DNA of 64,000 nucleotides from Pseudomonadales bacterium. GTDB taxonomy: Bacteria > Pseudomonadota > Gammaproteobacteria > Pseudomonadales > CAWVSB01. The notes under the pieces are model-generated. The model was not told the origin of the DNA. It did not search any database and saw only the letters and a program-made list of their open reading frames with translations. Positions within the stretch are counted from its first letter, which is position 1. Every line of letters starts with the position of its first letter. A program made the translations under genes and the position numbers. The DNA is taken from NCBI GenBank assembly GCA_046710535.1, contig JBKEHH010000007.1, forward strand, positions 32,639-96,638, in the 5' to 3' direction. This document shows, in pieces, positions 1-9,415 of the stretch.

Positions 1-229
1 TAAAGCTGCTGCTGCGTTCAGCTGGGCTAGGTAACAGTGGCGCGATAATACGGTTATATAAGTCTTGCTCAAAAAATTTAAGCCTTATTAATTCTGCCGG
101 TTTTTTACTAATACCGCCAACCTTGGCGGATAGAAAAATGGTGATTTTATTTTCGCTCAGTTTTGGCAGCAACAAATTAACTGCGTAATTGCTGGCGATA
201 TCACGGTTAGCCAAAATAATAATGTTCAT
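1..229 (-). CDS. 5' part of an ORF running off the window start (MNIIILANRDIASNYAVNLLLPKL...); possibly a formyltransferase-like N-terminus
   Basis: Own minus-strand translation: ATG at 229..227, open to position 1 (76 codons). Not in the ORF track because no stop lies in the window. The function guess rests on N-terminal resemblance only. Confidence 0.4.
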   Translation of the reverse strand, partial: MNIIILANRDIASNYAVNLLLPKLSENKITIFLSAKVGGISKKPAELIRLKFFEQDLYNRIIAPLLPSPAERSSSF

Positions 230-245
230 TTCAGCGCTGCCATCA

Positions 246-2366
246 CTAGGTTTCGAGCCAAGCAATTATGTTGGCTAAAATATCATAAAATACATTGATG
301 ATTGGATCGAAAATTGATGGCTCTGATTCCTCACGCAGCGCATGCGCCTCTTCAATCACGTAAGCATATATATTGTCGACTTCTTGCGTGGATAGCACAC
401 CCTTAAAGCTAGGCATACCTGCAGACTCCATCATTCCTTCTAATAGAACTCGATTAAAGTTCTCATAGAAAAACATTGGCAGGTTGCGAAGATCTGGAAT
501 GGATTTGGAAGAAACGCCTGAGACGCCATGGCAAACCATGCAGTGGTCAGCATATAAAACAAGGCCGTCGTTAAGTTCTGCAGAGCTTGCGCTGGTGCGC
601 GGTGGTATAGCGACTAACTCGAAAATATTACTGCCAGTGGGTAGGTTTTTTTTTGCGCCAAGTTTAAACGCCAATATTCTGCTAGGTGGCACTTCGTTCC
701 TACCGTCAAATCGTACCGCTAAACCAGTAGCACCACCCCAGCCAGCTGCAACTGCAATATATTGTTCGCCATCGACAGCGTAGCTGACAGGTGCAGCTAT
801 AACACCGACTTGCGTATTGTGGCGCCATTTTATGGCTCCGGTATCGGCACTGGCGGCGATCAGTTCTGCTGTCGATGTACCTTGAAATAGTAAATTTCCC
901 GCAGTACTTAATATGCCTCCGTTTGCTCCGGTGGTGTGATTTATTCGCCACTGTTCTTTTTGGGTGACGGGGTTCCAGGCTAATAAATGGCCATGGAATA
1001 TTTTAGGTAGCACTTTCTTAGCTACAGTAGGCATCCCAATTACAGGGGGGGCTGGTAGTCGCACGCCGGTATTCCAATGGCCCCATTTGAATTCAGTTGG
1101 CATTGACTCGTACACTGAACCAGTATTGGTAACGGGTATATACACCAATCCTGTTACAGGGCTATAGCTCATTGGGTGCCAGTTATGAGCGCCCAGTGAT
1201 GAGGGAGAAATATTTTCCCCAGGGTTGGCTTGATAATCAGCATCTGGGGTTTCGACTGGTCGCCAGGTTTTTTTATCGTAGTGGGTAGCCCAAGTTGTTT
1301 TGGTATAAGGCTCAATCGACAGGGGCGTTCCTGTTTCTCTATCGATGACAAAGAAAAATCCATTCTTAGGTGCGTGCCATATTACTTTGTGTTGTTTTCC
1401 TTGCCATGGCATGTCGGCCAAAATCATTTGTTGGGTAGAAGTAAAATCCCAATTATCGGCAGGGGTCTCTTGATAGTGCCAAATGTAATCACCAGTGTCA
1501 GGATTAAGCGCAACGATTGAATTTAAATATAAATTGTCACCGCCGCCTGGGCTGCGTTGATCTCTATTCCAAGGAGTGCCATTGCCAGTGCCAATATAAA
1601 GCTGGTCTAGTTCTTCATCGTAAACAATGCTGTCCCAAACTGTGCCGCCGCCGCCGCGCTCCCACCATTTTCCATTCCAAGTATCAGCCGCTTTTGCTAA
1701 TGCTTCGCTTTCAAAACCGTCTGCGGGGTTGCCTGGCACGGTGTAAAACCGCCATAGGGCTGCGCCGGTCTCTAAATCATAGGCGCCAACAAAACCGCGC
1801 ACGCCATATTCAGCGCCGCCATTGCCGATAAAAACTTTGCCTTTAGCAATACGGGCCGCGCCAGTAATAGTGTAAGGCCACTTTTTGATATCGGCAGCTT
1901 GTGTTTCCCACAGTAGCTCTCCATTGATCGCGTTTAACGCAATGAGCCTGGCATCAAACGTACCAACCACAACTTTGCCATCTTTTACCGCGACGCCGCG
2001 GTTTACTACCCCGCAACAGCCTTTTGGGCCCCAGCTTTTGGGTACTTTAGGGTCGTATTTCCATAACATTTCACCGGTTTTTGCATCCAGTGCATAAACA
2101 AAACTCCAGCTACCGGTAACGTACATAACGCCGTCAACGACTATCGGAGTTGATTCTAAGCCACGATTAAAGTCGGTATCAAAAGACCAGGCCAAACCTA
2201 ATTGACTGACGTTTTCTTCGTTAATGGCTGTAAGTTGACTATAACGTTGTTCATTATAATCGTGCCCATGGGATGGCCAGTCAGTATTGTTAGATAGAAC
2301 ACTTGCGGTAAATAATAAGCTTATAAAAAAGTAGATGCTCGTCCATGGGTTTATTTTATTTTGCAT
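246..2366 (-). CDS. Quinohemoprotein PQQ-dependent alcohol dehydrogenase (type II, with C-terminal cytochrome c domain)
   Basis: 706 aa with an N-terminal signal peptide. Vicinal Cys-Cys (GCCGVVNRG) is typical of PQQ-ADHs. W/G-rich propeller repeats. C-terminal CMVCHG haem-c binding motif. Confidence 0.9.
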   Translation of the reverse strand: MQNKINPWTSIYFFISLLFTASVLSNNTDWPSHGHDYNEQRYSQLTAINEENVSQLGLAWSFDTDFNRGLESTPIVVDGVMYVTGSWSFVYALDAKTGEMLWKYDPKVPKSWGPKGCCGVVNRGVAVKDGKVVVGTFDARLIALNAINGELLWETQAADIKKWPYTITGAARIAKGKVFIGNGGAEYGVRGFVGAYDLETGAALWRFYTVPGNPADGFESEALAKAADTWNGKWWERGGGGTVWDSIVYDEELDQLYIGTGNGTPWNRDQRSPGGGDNLYLNSIVALNPDTGDYIWHYQETPADNWDFTSTQQMILADMPWQGKQHKVIWHAPKNGFFFVIDRETGTPLSIEPYTKTTWATHYDKKTWRPVETPDADYQANPGENISPSSLGAHNWHPMSYSPVTGLVYIPVTNTGSVYESMPTEFKWGHWNTGVRLPAPPVIGMPTVAKKVLPKIFHGHLLAWNPVTQKEQWRINHTTGANGGILSTAGNLLFQGTSTAELIAASADTGAIKWRHNTQVGVIAAPVSYAVDGEQYIAVAAGWGGATGLAVRFDGRNEVPPSRILAFKLGAKKNLPTGSNIFELVAIPPRTSASSAELNDGLVLYADHCMVCHGVSGVSSKSIPDLRNLPMFFYENFNRVLLEGMMESAGMPSFKGVLSTQEVDNIYAYVIEEAHALREESEPSIFDPIINVFYDILANIIAWLET

Positions 2367-2405
2367 AGCAAGTATCTCAACGGTATTTACAGCCAGAGGG
2401 TCAAT

Positions 2406-3197
2406 TTATCGCTTACTGTTGGCGTCCAATTGATTATATTCGTCCAGCGGGCGTATCCAAATATTACGATATTTAACCGGGCTGTTATGCCACTGAAACT
2501 TCAACGGTAGCTTGTCGGCATGAGGCTTATAGACACCATTTTTTCGCCATTCAGATTGCCCATTATATATTTGATTGAACTGCACCAATACGCCGTTGTG
2601 GACAACAGTGACATGGGCAGGTGTATCCAAACTGCCATCTGCATTAAAGCGTGGTGCACGAAAAAATATATCATAGCTTTGCCATTCATTAGACGGGCGT
2701 ATGGCATTGACCATAGGTGGGTGCACGCCATAGACAGCGCCTGCTTGTCCGTCGGGGTAGGTTTCATTTTGATAACTGTTTAGCACTTGTACTTCATATA
2801 GCCCCATAAAGATAACACCGCTATTGCCTTTGTTTTGGCCGGTGTTGTCTGATGGATAAGGTGATGCCCATTCAATATGCAGCTGTACGTCACCGAAGCT
2901 GTCGCTGGTTTGCTGATTACCCATGGCCATTATCATAGCGCCGTCGTTAATTTCTAAATCTTTGTTTTCGAAGTTTTCCAAATTGGTGCCATCAAACAAA
3001 ATTATCGCATCTGACGGTGGTGCGCCTGGCTTTGCTATCGGAGCAGGAGTCACTATTTTAGGTTGGGTGCGGGCAATGTCATGCACATGCCATTTTTGGC
3101 CGTAGATTAGTGGAGTTTGACCAGACATAAAGTGGGTCGTATAGCCAATGGCAATACCTAGTGCCAGCACAATGCTTAATGAGAGTAGTTTCTTCAT
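2406..3197 (-). CDS. DUF1080 / 3-keto-disaccharide hydrolase family protein, exported
   Basis: 263 aa with a signal/anchor MKKLLSLSIVLALGIAIG. The pattern LHIEWASP...NSGVIFMGLYEVQVLNS...YRNIWIRPL is typical of the DUF1080 concanavalin-like family. Confidence 0.8.
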   Translation of the reverse strand: MKKLLSLSIVLALGIAIGYTTHFMSGQTPLIYGQKWHVHDIARTQPKIVTPAPIAKPGAPPSDAIILFDGTNLENFENKDLEINDGAMIMAMGNQQTSDSFGDVQLHIEWASPYPSDNTGQNKGNSGVIFMGLYEVQVLNSYQNETYPDGQAGAVYGVHPPMVNAIRPSNEWQSYDIFFRAPRFNADGSLDTPAHVTVVHNGVLVQFNQIYNGQSEWRKNGVYKPHADKLPLKFQWHNSPVKYRNIWIRPLDEYNQLDANSKR

Positions 3198-3230
3198 CTT
3201 GATTAGTTTCCTAGTTAATTCTTAGCCAAG

Positions 3231-3494
3231 TTATATGGCGCTAGCTTTCTGTCTGCGCCAATACATGATTAATCCGCCGATGATGCCAATAGCGATAGAA
3301 GTAACTCCGCGCCATTCCCACAGCATAAAGTAGGCCGAGATAAATTTAATAGCGGTATAAATCGTATAGATGAATTCAATTTTTACTAAATGATATAGCT
3401 CGTAAAAAGACATCACCAGTGGCGGCGTTAAAAAGTAAATGCCGCCTGCAAGAATAGTGGCAAACAGCGTGCTTTTAGTTAATGCATTGTTCAT
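3231..3494 (-). CDS. Small hypothetical membrane protein (about 3 TM helices)
   Basis: The track ORF 3231..3524 overlaps the GMC stop. The internal ATG at 3494 (MNNALTKS...) removes the overlap. Hydrophobic helices are present. No recognisable family. Confidence 0.45.
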   Translation of the reverse strand: MNNALTKSTLFATILAGGIYFLTPPLVMSFYELYHLVKIEFIYTIYTAIKFISAYFMLWEWRGVTSIAIGIIGGLIMYWRRQKASAI

Positions 3495-3502
3495 AACTGC
3501 CT

Positions 3503-5200
3503 CTATATAAGTCCGTCGCGCCATTGGCTAACCGCATAGTCGCAGGCTCTGGCAGTAAGGGCCATATAAGTAAGTGACGGGTTTACCGATGCAGATGATG
3601 GCATTGCGGCGCCGTCAGTGACAAATAAATTGGGCACATCATGTGACTGATTCCATTTGTTTAGCACCGATGTTTTTGGGTCGAGTCCCATGCGTGCGCC
3701 ACCCATTTCGTGTATGGCCGCGCCCGGTGATGCCTCTGCTTCGCCTGAGATAAATGCTACCGCGCCGGCCGCTTTTAAAATATCTTCAGCCTGCACTTTG
3801 GCATCACTGGCGGCTTTTATCTCGTTCTCACTCCATTCAAAATTAACCTTTACTTGGCCAATGCCATAGCGATCTGGCTGGCTATCATCTAATGTCATTT
3901 GGTTGTTTTTATTAGGTAGGCATTCGCCAAAGCTAGTTAACAAATGCGCCCACGGGCCGGGTTTACGTAAGTTGTCTTTTAAGTCTTTGCCAAAACCTTT
4001 TTGGTGCAGGGTTTGCCGCCAATCTAAGCGCAGAGTATTGGATTGGAAGCCATAGCCGCGCACAAAATCTACATTGTCGTTATTCCCTGGTAGATTTCTA
4101 AACCTTGGTATGTAAGTACCATTTGGGCGGAAGCCATAAAAATAACGATCAATATTATCGACAAAAATACCAACACCGCTGACGGTCATATGATGATCCA
4201 TTAAATATTGTCCCAAGGTGCCACTTGAATTTGCGATACCACTAGGGTGAGATTCTGACGTAGAGTTAAGTAATATTTGGTTAGTGCCAATGGTTGATGC
4301 ACACATAAACACCATGTCGCTACTAAACTCTAAAACCTCTTTAGTATTGGCATCTATTACTCTTACTGCATTGACCTTGTTTGTTTCTTTATCGTAAAGA
4401 AGTTTTTCTACTACACTGTTTGGTCTCAGCGTTAACCTCCCGGTAGCTTCCGCTGCCGGTAAGGTAGAACTTTGAGTACTAAAGTAGCTGCCGGTAGAGC
4501 AGCCGCGTGGGCAGGGGCCGCAGTAGTGACAGGCGGCGCGGCCATTATGGTCTTGGGTGAGTATGGCGGCTCGGCCGATTGTCATGGTTAGGTCTGGCCG
4601 TTTTTTTTCTAGTCTAGCTTTAATAGTTTTTTCCACCGAATACATTTCCATTGGCGGTAAAAACTCACCGTCGGGAAAATGTTCAAGTCCTTCCTTCTGT
4701 CCACTTACGCCTATAAATTTTTCAACATAAGCGTACCAGTCTTTCAAATCCTCATAACGAATTGGCCAATCAACTCCGTGGCCATCTTGTTTGTTTGCCT
4801 CAAAATCTTGTGGGCTCCAGCGATATACTTGACGGCCCCAAATTAGCGATCGTCCGCCGACTCGTGAGCCCCTTACCCAATAAAAAGGTTTGTTTTTATC
4901 AAATAAATAAGGATTAAGTCTGTCGTTATTAAAATAATGCAGGGTGGAGGAATCGAGTGCGCCACCTGAACCTCCATCTTGTTGTGCGAAGTCAGTAGCC
5001 AATAGTTCTCTGTTAGGTAAGCCGTTATAAGGTAGTTTCCAGTTAGGTGCATGCTCCCCCAAATAGCCTTGGCTATGTTTTAAATCTGAGCCGCGTTCTA
5101 GCATTAAAACCCGCAGGCCTTTCTCTGTCAGCTCTTTAGCGGCCCAGCCACCAGTAATACCTGAACCAACCACTATTGCGTCAAAATGGGTATTATTCAT
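3503..5200 (-). CDS. GMC family FAD-dependent oxidoreductase (glucoside/gluconate dehydrogenase-like large subunit)
   Basis: 565 aa with the N-terminal FAD fold DAIVVGSGITGGWAAKEL. C-terminal GMC region (HEMGGARMG...NLFVTDGAAMPS). Confidence 0.9.
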   Translation of the reverse strand: MNNTHFDAIVVGSGITGGWAAKELTEKGLRVLMLERGSDLKHSQGYLGEHAPNWKLPYNGLPNRELLATDFAQQDGGSGGALDSSTLHYFNNDRLNPYLFDKNKPFYWVRGSRVGGRSLIWGRQVYRWSPQDFEANKQDGHGVDWPIRYEDLKDWYAYVEKFIGVSGQKEGLEHFPDGEFLPPMEMYSVEKTIKARLEKKRPDLTMTIGRAAILTQDHNGRAACHYCGPCPRGCSTGSYFSTQSSTLPAAEATGRLTLRPNSVVEKLLYDKETNKVNAVRVIDANTKEVLEFSSDMVFMCASTIGTNQILLNSTSESHPSGIANSSGTLGQYLMDHHMTVSGVGIFVDNIDRYFYGFRPNGTYIPRFRNLPGNNDNVDFVRGYGFQSNTLRLDWRQTLHQKGFGKDLKDNLRKPGPWAHLLTSFGECLPNKNNQMTLDDSQPDRYGIGQVKVNFEWSENEIKAASDAKVQAEDILKAAGAVAFISGEAEASPGAAIHEMGGARMGLDPKTSVLNKWNQSHDVPNLFVTDGAAMPSSASVNPSLTYMALTARACDYAVSQWRDGLI

Positions 5201-5221
5201 AACTTTTTCTAGCGTGGTTGC

Positions 5222-5842
5222 TTACATTAGTGGAACGGATACCCATGAACTTGCGTCTTGATCTAACGGTATGTCACCTTCAAAACGACCAGGAAAATGG
5301 TTCATACGCAATACTTGGGTTGAACCAACCTCTGACATAAAAAAGCCAAAAATAGTGAGCTCTTTAATTATGGCAATAAATGGCGCACTGGTTTCAAAGC
5401 CGCTGGCAGCGCCAAGGTTATACCAGGGATGGTTATCGCTAGCGTCTTCCATCTGCTCTAGAACAGTAATCTTTTGGTCATCACTGCAGTTAGCAAAACC
5501 TTGTTGATATTGATTCATCGCTAGTTGGTCTATCTCAAGCAGACCAGCAAAAAATTCGCCGCGTTCTTGATCTGTCATCCATTCGCAGGCAATGAGTTCT
5601 ATAAATCTAGGTACTTTAGCTATTGTTGCCCCAGGGCTATCAGTCTCAGGAATAATTGCTTCACAGACAACAGTAACCATGGCGCGTTGTTCGCCAGAAA
5701 AAGTAGTAGCGCTGGCAGTGGTATAAGCATCCCGCAGGAATATATGCTTGGCGTCGCTATCCATTAATGAGGCCAAGGCTTGCGAGTGAATAGTGCCGCC
5801 AAGTGCTAACGCAGCTAGGCTAGAAAACTGTCTTCGGTTCAT
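5222..5842 (-). CDS. Gluconate 2-dehydrogenase subunit 3-like small subunit (Tat signal)
   Basis: 206 aa with a twin-arginine leader MNRRQFSSLAALALGG. It lies directly upstream of the GMC gene and in the same orientation, the canonical small-subunit arrangement. Confidence 0.8.
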   Translation of the reverse strand: MNRRQFSSLAALALGGTIHSQALASLMDSDAKHIFLRDAYTTASATTFSGEQRAMVTVVCEAIIPETDSPGATIAKVPRFIELIACEWMTDQERGEFFAGLLEIDQLAMNQYQQGFANCSDDQKITVLEQMEDASDNHPWYNLGAASGFETSAPFIAIIKELTIFGFFMSEVGSTQVLRMNHFPGRFEGDIPLDQDASSWVSVPLM

Positions 5843-6073
5843 GATCAGTAGTATCTCTAAGCTTGTATTTATTATGTGTCCAAGATACCTAAAATGATGA
5901 CAAGCCGTCTAGTCAAAGCGTAATTAATAGTGCAATTAGCGTACAGAAGTATCTGTAGTCAGGAATAACAACAACGCTCAACCGTGGGGATGGTAAAATT
6001 ACATATCAAGAAATAGGTTTAGGCTACAATACAGTTTATGCTTAATCCTCAGAACTAGTAGGTTAGAAAACGT

Positions 6074-6475
6074 ATGTATGAAATTGTTAAATCGATATCC
6101 TTTTGTTATGGGCATAGATTACTGAATTATGTAGGGCCTTGTGCGCATCTACATGGCCATAATGCTAGTGTCGATATTAAATTGGCCAGTGAAAATCTTG
6201 ACGAACGCGGCATGGTGATGGATTTTAGTGATGTTAAATCAGTTGTTAAAAAATGGCTTGACGAGAATCTAGATCACACAATGTTACTGGCAGCTGATGA
6301 TCCGATAATCCCGATATTGGAACAAGCTGGCGAGAAATTCTACGTGATGAAAAAGAACCCAACAGCGGAATATATTGCGGAGCATATTTATGAGTTTGTT
6401 GAATTACAGGGTTTTCCAATTGTTGATGTGACTTTATGGGAGACCCCTACGAGTTACGCACGTTTTAGTCGATAA
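6074..6475 (+). CDS. queD: 6-carboxy-5,6,7,8-tetrahydropterin synthase (6-pyruvoyl-tetrahydropterin synthase family)
   Basis: 133 aa. Motifs CYGHRLL and CAHLHGHN (Zn/catalytic His cluster) and the DH..L motif of the PTPS/QueD family. Confidence 0.85.
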   Translation: MYEIVKSISFCYGHRLLNYVGPCAHLHGHNASVDIKLASENLDERGMVMDFSDVKSVVKKWLDENLDHTMLLAADDPIIPILEQAGEKFYVMKKNPTAEYIAEHIYEFVELQGFPIVDVTLWETPTSYARFSR

Positions 6476-6496
6476 AATCATTTGAACAATTGCTAG

Positions 6497-6531
6497 AGGT
6501 CATATTGCTTTTCGTAGTATGACCTTTTTTA
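6497..6531. terminator. Rho-independent terminator hairpin between convergent queD and mmsB
   Basis: AGGTCATA - 13-nt loop - TATGACCT followed by a T6 run. It lies between two convergent stop codons. Confidence 0.6.
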
Positions 6532-6534
6532 TAC

Positions 6535-7428
6535 TTAGCTTTGTTGATAGTATTTCAAAATACTCGAAAAATCTAAGTTACAGGTCTCATCATTCGAGTA
6601 CTCGCTATATAGCTTATTGGCCATTTCACCCATAGGGGTTTTTGAATCGCTAGCATCGGCGGCGGCCATGGCTAAGCCCAAATCTTTCTGCATTAACTTC
6701 ACCATAAAACCAGGTTTGTAGTCGTTACTCGCTGGAGCTACTTCCATTACGCCGGGGTAGGGGTTGTACTTCTCCAGCGACCAGTTTGCGCCTGAGCTTT
6801 TAAGCATAATATTTGATAACACTGCAGGATCTAAACCGTTGTCAGCGCCTAGTTGCAGTGCCTCTGCAGTACCTGTCATATGGATAGCTAGCAGCATGTT
6901 GTTACATACTTTGGCTATTTGGCCAGCCCCTGCATCACCGGCGCGGAACACATTAGCGCCCATTACGCCGAGTACTGTTTTTGCATCTTCTACCGCATCT
7001 TCTGTGCCGCCACACATAAAGGCGAGTGTGCCTGCGGCGGCTGCGGCTACGCCGCCAGATACTGGTGCGTCGATTGCGCGAATATTTTTTGCGGTGGCAG
7101 CGCTTGCCAGCGCGCGTGAATTTTCCGGAGCGACAGTAGAGCAGTCGATTACTAAACAGTCTTGGGCAATATAATCTAACAGCTTGGTATCGTGAATATA
7201 TAAACTTTCAACAATAGCTCCCGACGGTAACATGCTAATGACGAAGTTAGCGCCCACTACTGCGTCTATCGCGGTGGCAGCAGCCGTTGCGCCTTCATCA
7301 ACTAAAGGTTGAGTGAGGCTGGTTTGTAGGTCGAAGCAGACCACATTAAACTCTGCTTTAATTAGGTTGCTGGCCATTGGGCCGCCCATATTACCTAGAC
7401 CAATAAATGCTACTGTTTGTTTGCTCAT
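6535..7428 (-). CDS. mmsB: 3-hydroxyisobutyrate dehydrogenase
   Basis: 297 aa. N-terminal NAD fold VAFIGLGNMGGPMA. Family-typical DAPVSGG and KD.GLA motifs. Last gene of the valine-catabolic operon. Confidence 0.9.
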   Translation of the reverse strand: MSKQTVAFIGLGNMGGPMASNLIKAEFNVVCFDLQTSLTQPLVDEGATAAATAIDAVVGANFVISMLPSGAIVESLYIHDTKLLDYIAQDCLVIDCSTVAPENSRALASAATAKNIRAIDAPVSGGVAAAAAGTLAFMCGGTEDAVEDAKTVLGVMGANVFRAGDAGAGQIAKVCNNMLLAIHMTGTAEALQLGADNGLDPAVLSNIMLKSSGANWSLEKYNPYPGVMEVAPASNDYKPGFMVKLMQKDLGLAMAAADASDSKTPMGEMANKLYSEYSNDETCNLDFSSILKYYQQS

Positions 7429-7478
7429 GATTATTCCTGCTGCTTATTTATTAGGTTTATGTTGTTTGTTAAGTAGGG

Positions 7479-8600
7479 CTATAGTGCGGCTAATGGATTT
7501 GACGCAGCGCCCCAAGGAGCGACAAAGTGGTGCTGTACAAACTCGTCGCTTAGCTCGTCTAAAGTGGCGGGTTGGTAGCTTGGGTTGCGATCTTTATCAA
7601 CTAGCAAGGCTCGCACGCCTTCTTGAAAGTTGCCGTAACGAGAGCAGTTAAGCGACATGATTAACTCCATTTGGAATACCTCGCTTAGGCTCATGTCTTT
7701 TGCCCTAAGTAGTTGTTGCTGCACCAGGGCAAAACTTGTCACACAACCTTTACTCACATTTTTAACGGCGGTTTGAAGAAATTTGTCATCACTTTCAATC
7801 GCTAAAATGGCGTTAATGATTTCGTGCAGCGAATCTTTGCCAGTAACTTCTTCAATAAGATCTCGATGAGTAACAATATTGCCGACAGGTTTATCAGCTT
7901 CAGCTTGCTGCTCAAATGGTTTTAATACTTCCGAGATCTGATTTTTTACTTCTGCGCTGTCTTCCAGAAATTCAATTTTCTGCAGCGCAGCGATAACATT
8001 TTTTTGTTGGCTGCTATTGATGAAATGATCGCCCAGGTTTACTTCTAGTGCGTCATTGCCATTAATTTGCGCGCCAGTTAAACCCATAAACAAGCCGGTA
8101 TTGCCGGGAGCTTTATTTAAAAACCAGCTGCCGCCAACATCAGGGTATAAGCCAATGCTAATTTCAGGCATCGCCATGCGGGTTGTTTCAGTCACTATCC
8201 GATGGCTGCCGCCGGCGGTAAGACCGATGCCACCACCAAAACAAATACCAGACGCCCATACAATGAAAGGCTTCTTGTAGCTATGTATATGGTGGTTTAG
8301 GGTGTATTCACGTTGGAAAAAACCAAGCGCGTAAGGGTTGTCACCACCTTCGGTCTCAACAATTGAATCATACAGTTGGCGCACATCGCCGCCAGCGCAG
8401 AAAGCTTTTTCACCAGCGCTTTGCAAAAATACACAGCTTATAGATTGGTTGCTTTCCCACTCGTTAAGTTTAGCTTGAATGAGATCAACCATATCTAAAC
8501 TTAATGAGTTAAGGGTTTGTTCTACATTAATGGTAATCAGGCCAATGCTTTTGCTATTGGCCGTACTAAGTTCTTCAAAAAGTACTATTGCGTCTGACAT
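7479..8600 (-). CDS. 3-hydroxyisobutyryl-CoA hydrolase (ECH_2 crotonase family)
   Basis: 373 aa. Crotonase core FCAGGDV...GGG.GL...PE..IG.PDVG. The long C-terminal extension is typical of HIBCH. Operon context supports the call. Confidence 0.85.
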   Translation of the reverse strand: MSDAIVLFEELSTANSKSIGLITINVEQTLNSLSLDMVDLIQAKLNEWESNQSISCVFLQSAGEKAFCAGGDVRQLYDSIVETEGGDNPYALGFFQREYTLNHHIHSYKKPFIVWASGICFGGGIGLTAGGSHRIVTETTRMAMPEISIGLYPDVGGSWFLNKAPGNTGLFMGLTGAQINGNDALEVNLGDHFINSSQQKNVIAALQKIEFLEDSAEVKNQISEVLKPFEQQAEADKPVGNIVTHRDLIEEVTGKDSLHEIINAILAIESDDKFLQTAVKNVSKGCVTSFALVQQQLLRAKDMSLSEVFQMELIMSLNCSRYGNFQEGVRALLVDKDRNPSYQPATLDELSDEFVQHHFVAPWGAASNPLAAL

Positions 8601-8638
8601 AAGGTCCCTGTTTTTATCACTAAGTTCTATTCATTTTT

Positions 8639-9415
8639 TTATTTATTTTTCCATTTGGGTGCGCGTTTTTCAACGAATGCAGCTACGCCTTCTTTTTGAT
8701 CTTCGCTATCCCAAAGTTTTACAAACTGTTGACGCTCAAGGGCAAAATTACTGGTAAGCGGAGTGGTACGTGCTGCCATGATTAATTCTTTGCAATAGCG
8801 CACAGACGTTGGGCTCTGCTTCGCGGCATTGCCTGCTAGCTTAATAGCATGCTCTAAGCCTTCGCCTTTACCGACCACTTCTGAGATTAAGCCTATAGCT
8901 AATGCTTTATCGGTTTTCAGGCGCTCGCCTAAAAGAATCATTCGTTTGGCCCATTGCTCACCAACCAACCAAGCTAGGTGTTGGCTGCCTAAGCCGCAGG
9001 GTAGTAGGCCAACAGCACATTCTGGCAAGGCCATTTGAGCGTGCTCTTCAGCAATGCGAACATCGCAGGCTAGAGCAACTTCTAAACCACCACCCATGGC
9101 ATAGCCGTTAATAGCAGCAATTGAGACACCTTGGTAATTGGCCAGAGTTTCAAAAGCTGAGCCAAATGCATAAGAGAAGTCGAATGATTTGGCTTTGTCG
9201 TCGTGATTAAAACGATTTAAGTCAGCCCCCGCTGAGAAGAATTTTTCGCCTTCGCCGGTAATAACTAATGCGTAGTTATCAACGTCTGCATTGAGATCTT
9301 TAACAATGCTTTTAAGTTCCAATAAGCTCTCAGGTGTCCAAGTGTGAGCAGGTGGATTATTTAAAGTAACTACGGCTGTGTGGCCTTGCTTTTCTAATAT
9401 CAGTGCGTCGCTCAT
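8639..9415 (-). CDS. Enoyl-CoA hydratase (methacrylyl-CoA hydratase candidate)
   Basis: 258 aa. Crotonase motifs FSAGADL, GYAMGGGLEVALACD and PECAVGL. Confidence 0.9.
   Translation of the reverse strand: MSDALILEKQGHTAVVTLNNPPAHTWTPESLLELKSIVKDLNADVDNYALVITGEGEKFFSAGADLNRFNHDDKAKSFDFSYAFGSAFETLANYQGVSIAAINGYAMGGGLEVALACDVRIAEEHAQMALPECAVGLLPCGLGSQHLAWLVGEQWAKRMILLGERLKTDKALAIGLISEVVGKGEGLEHAIKLAGNAAKQSPTSVRYCKELIMAARTTPLTSNFALERQQFVKLWDSEDQKEGVAAFVEKRAPKWKNK

Noticed and set aside
6000-6073. Possible preQ1 riboswitch upstream of queD
   Set aside because: The 5' leader shows no convincing match to the compact preQ1-I/II consensus as I recall it, and no obvious hairpin-plus-A-rich-tail structure.
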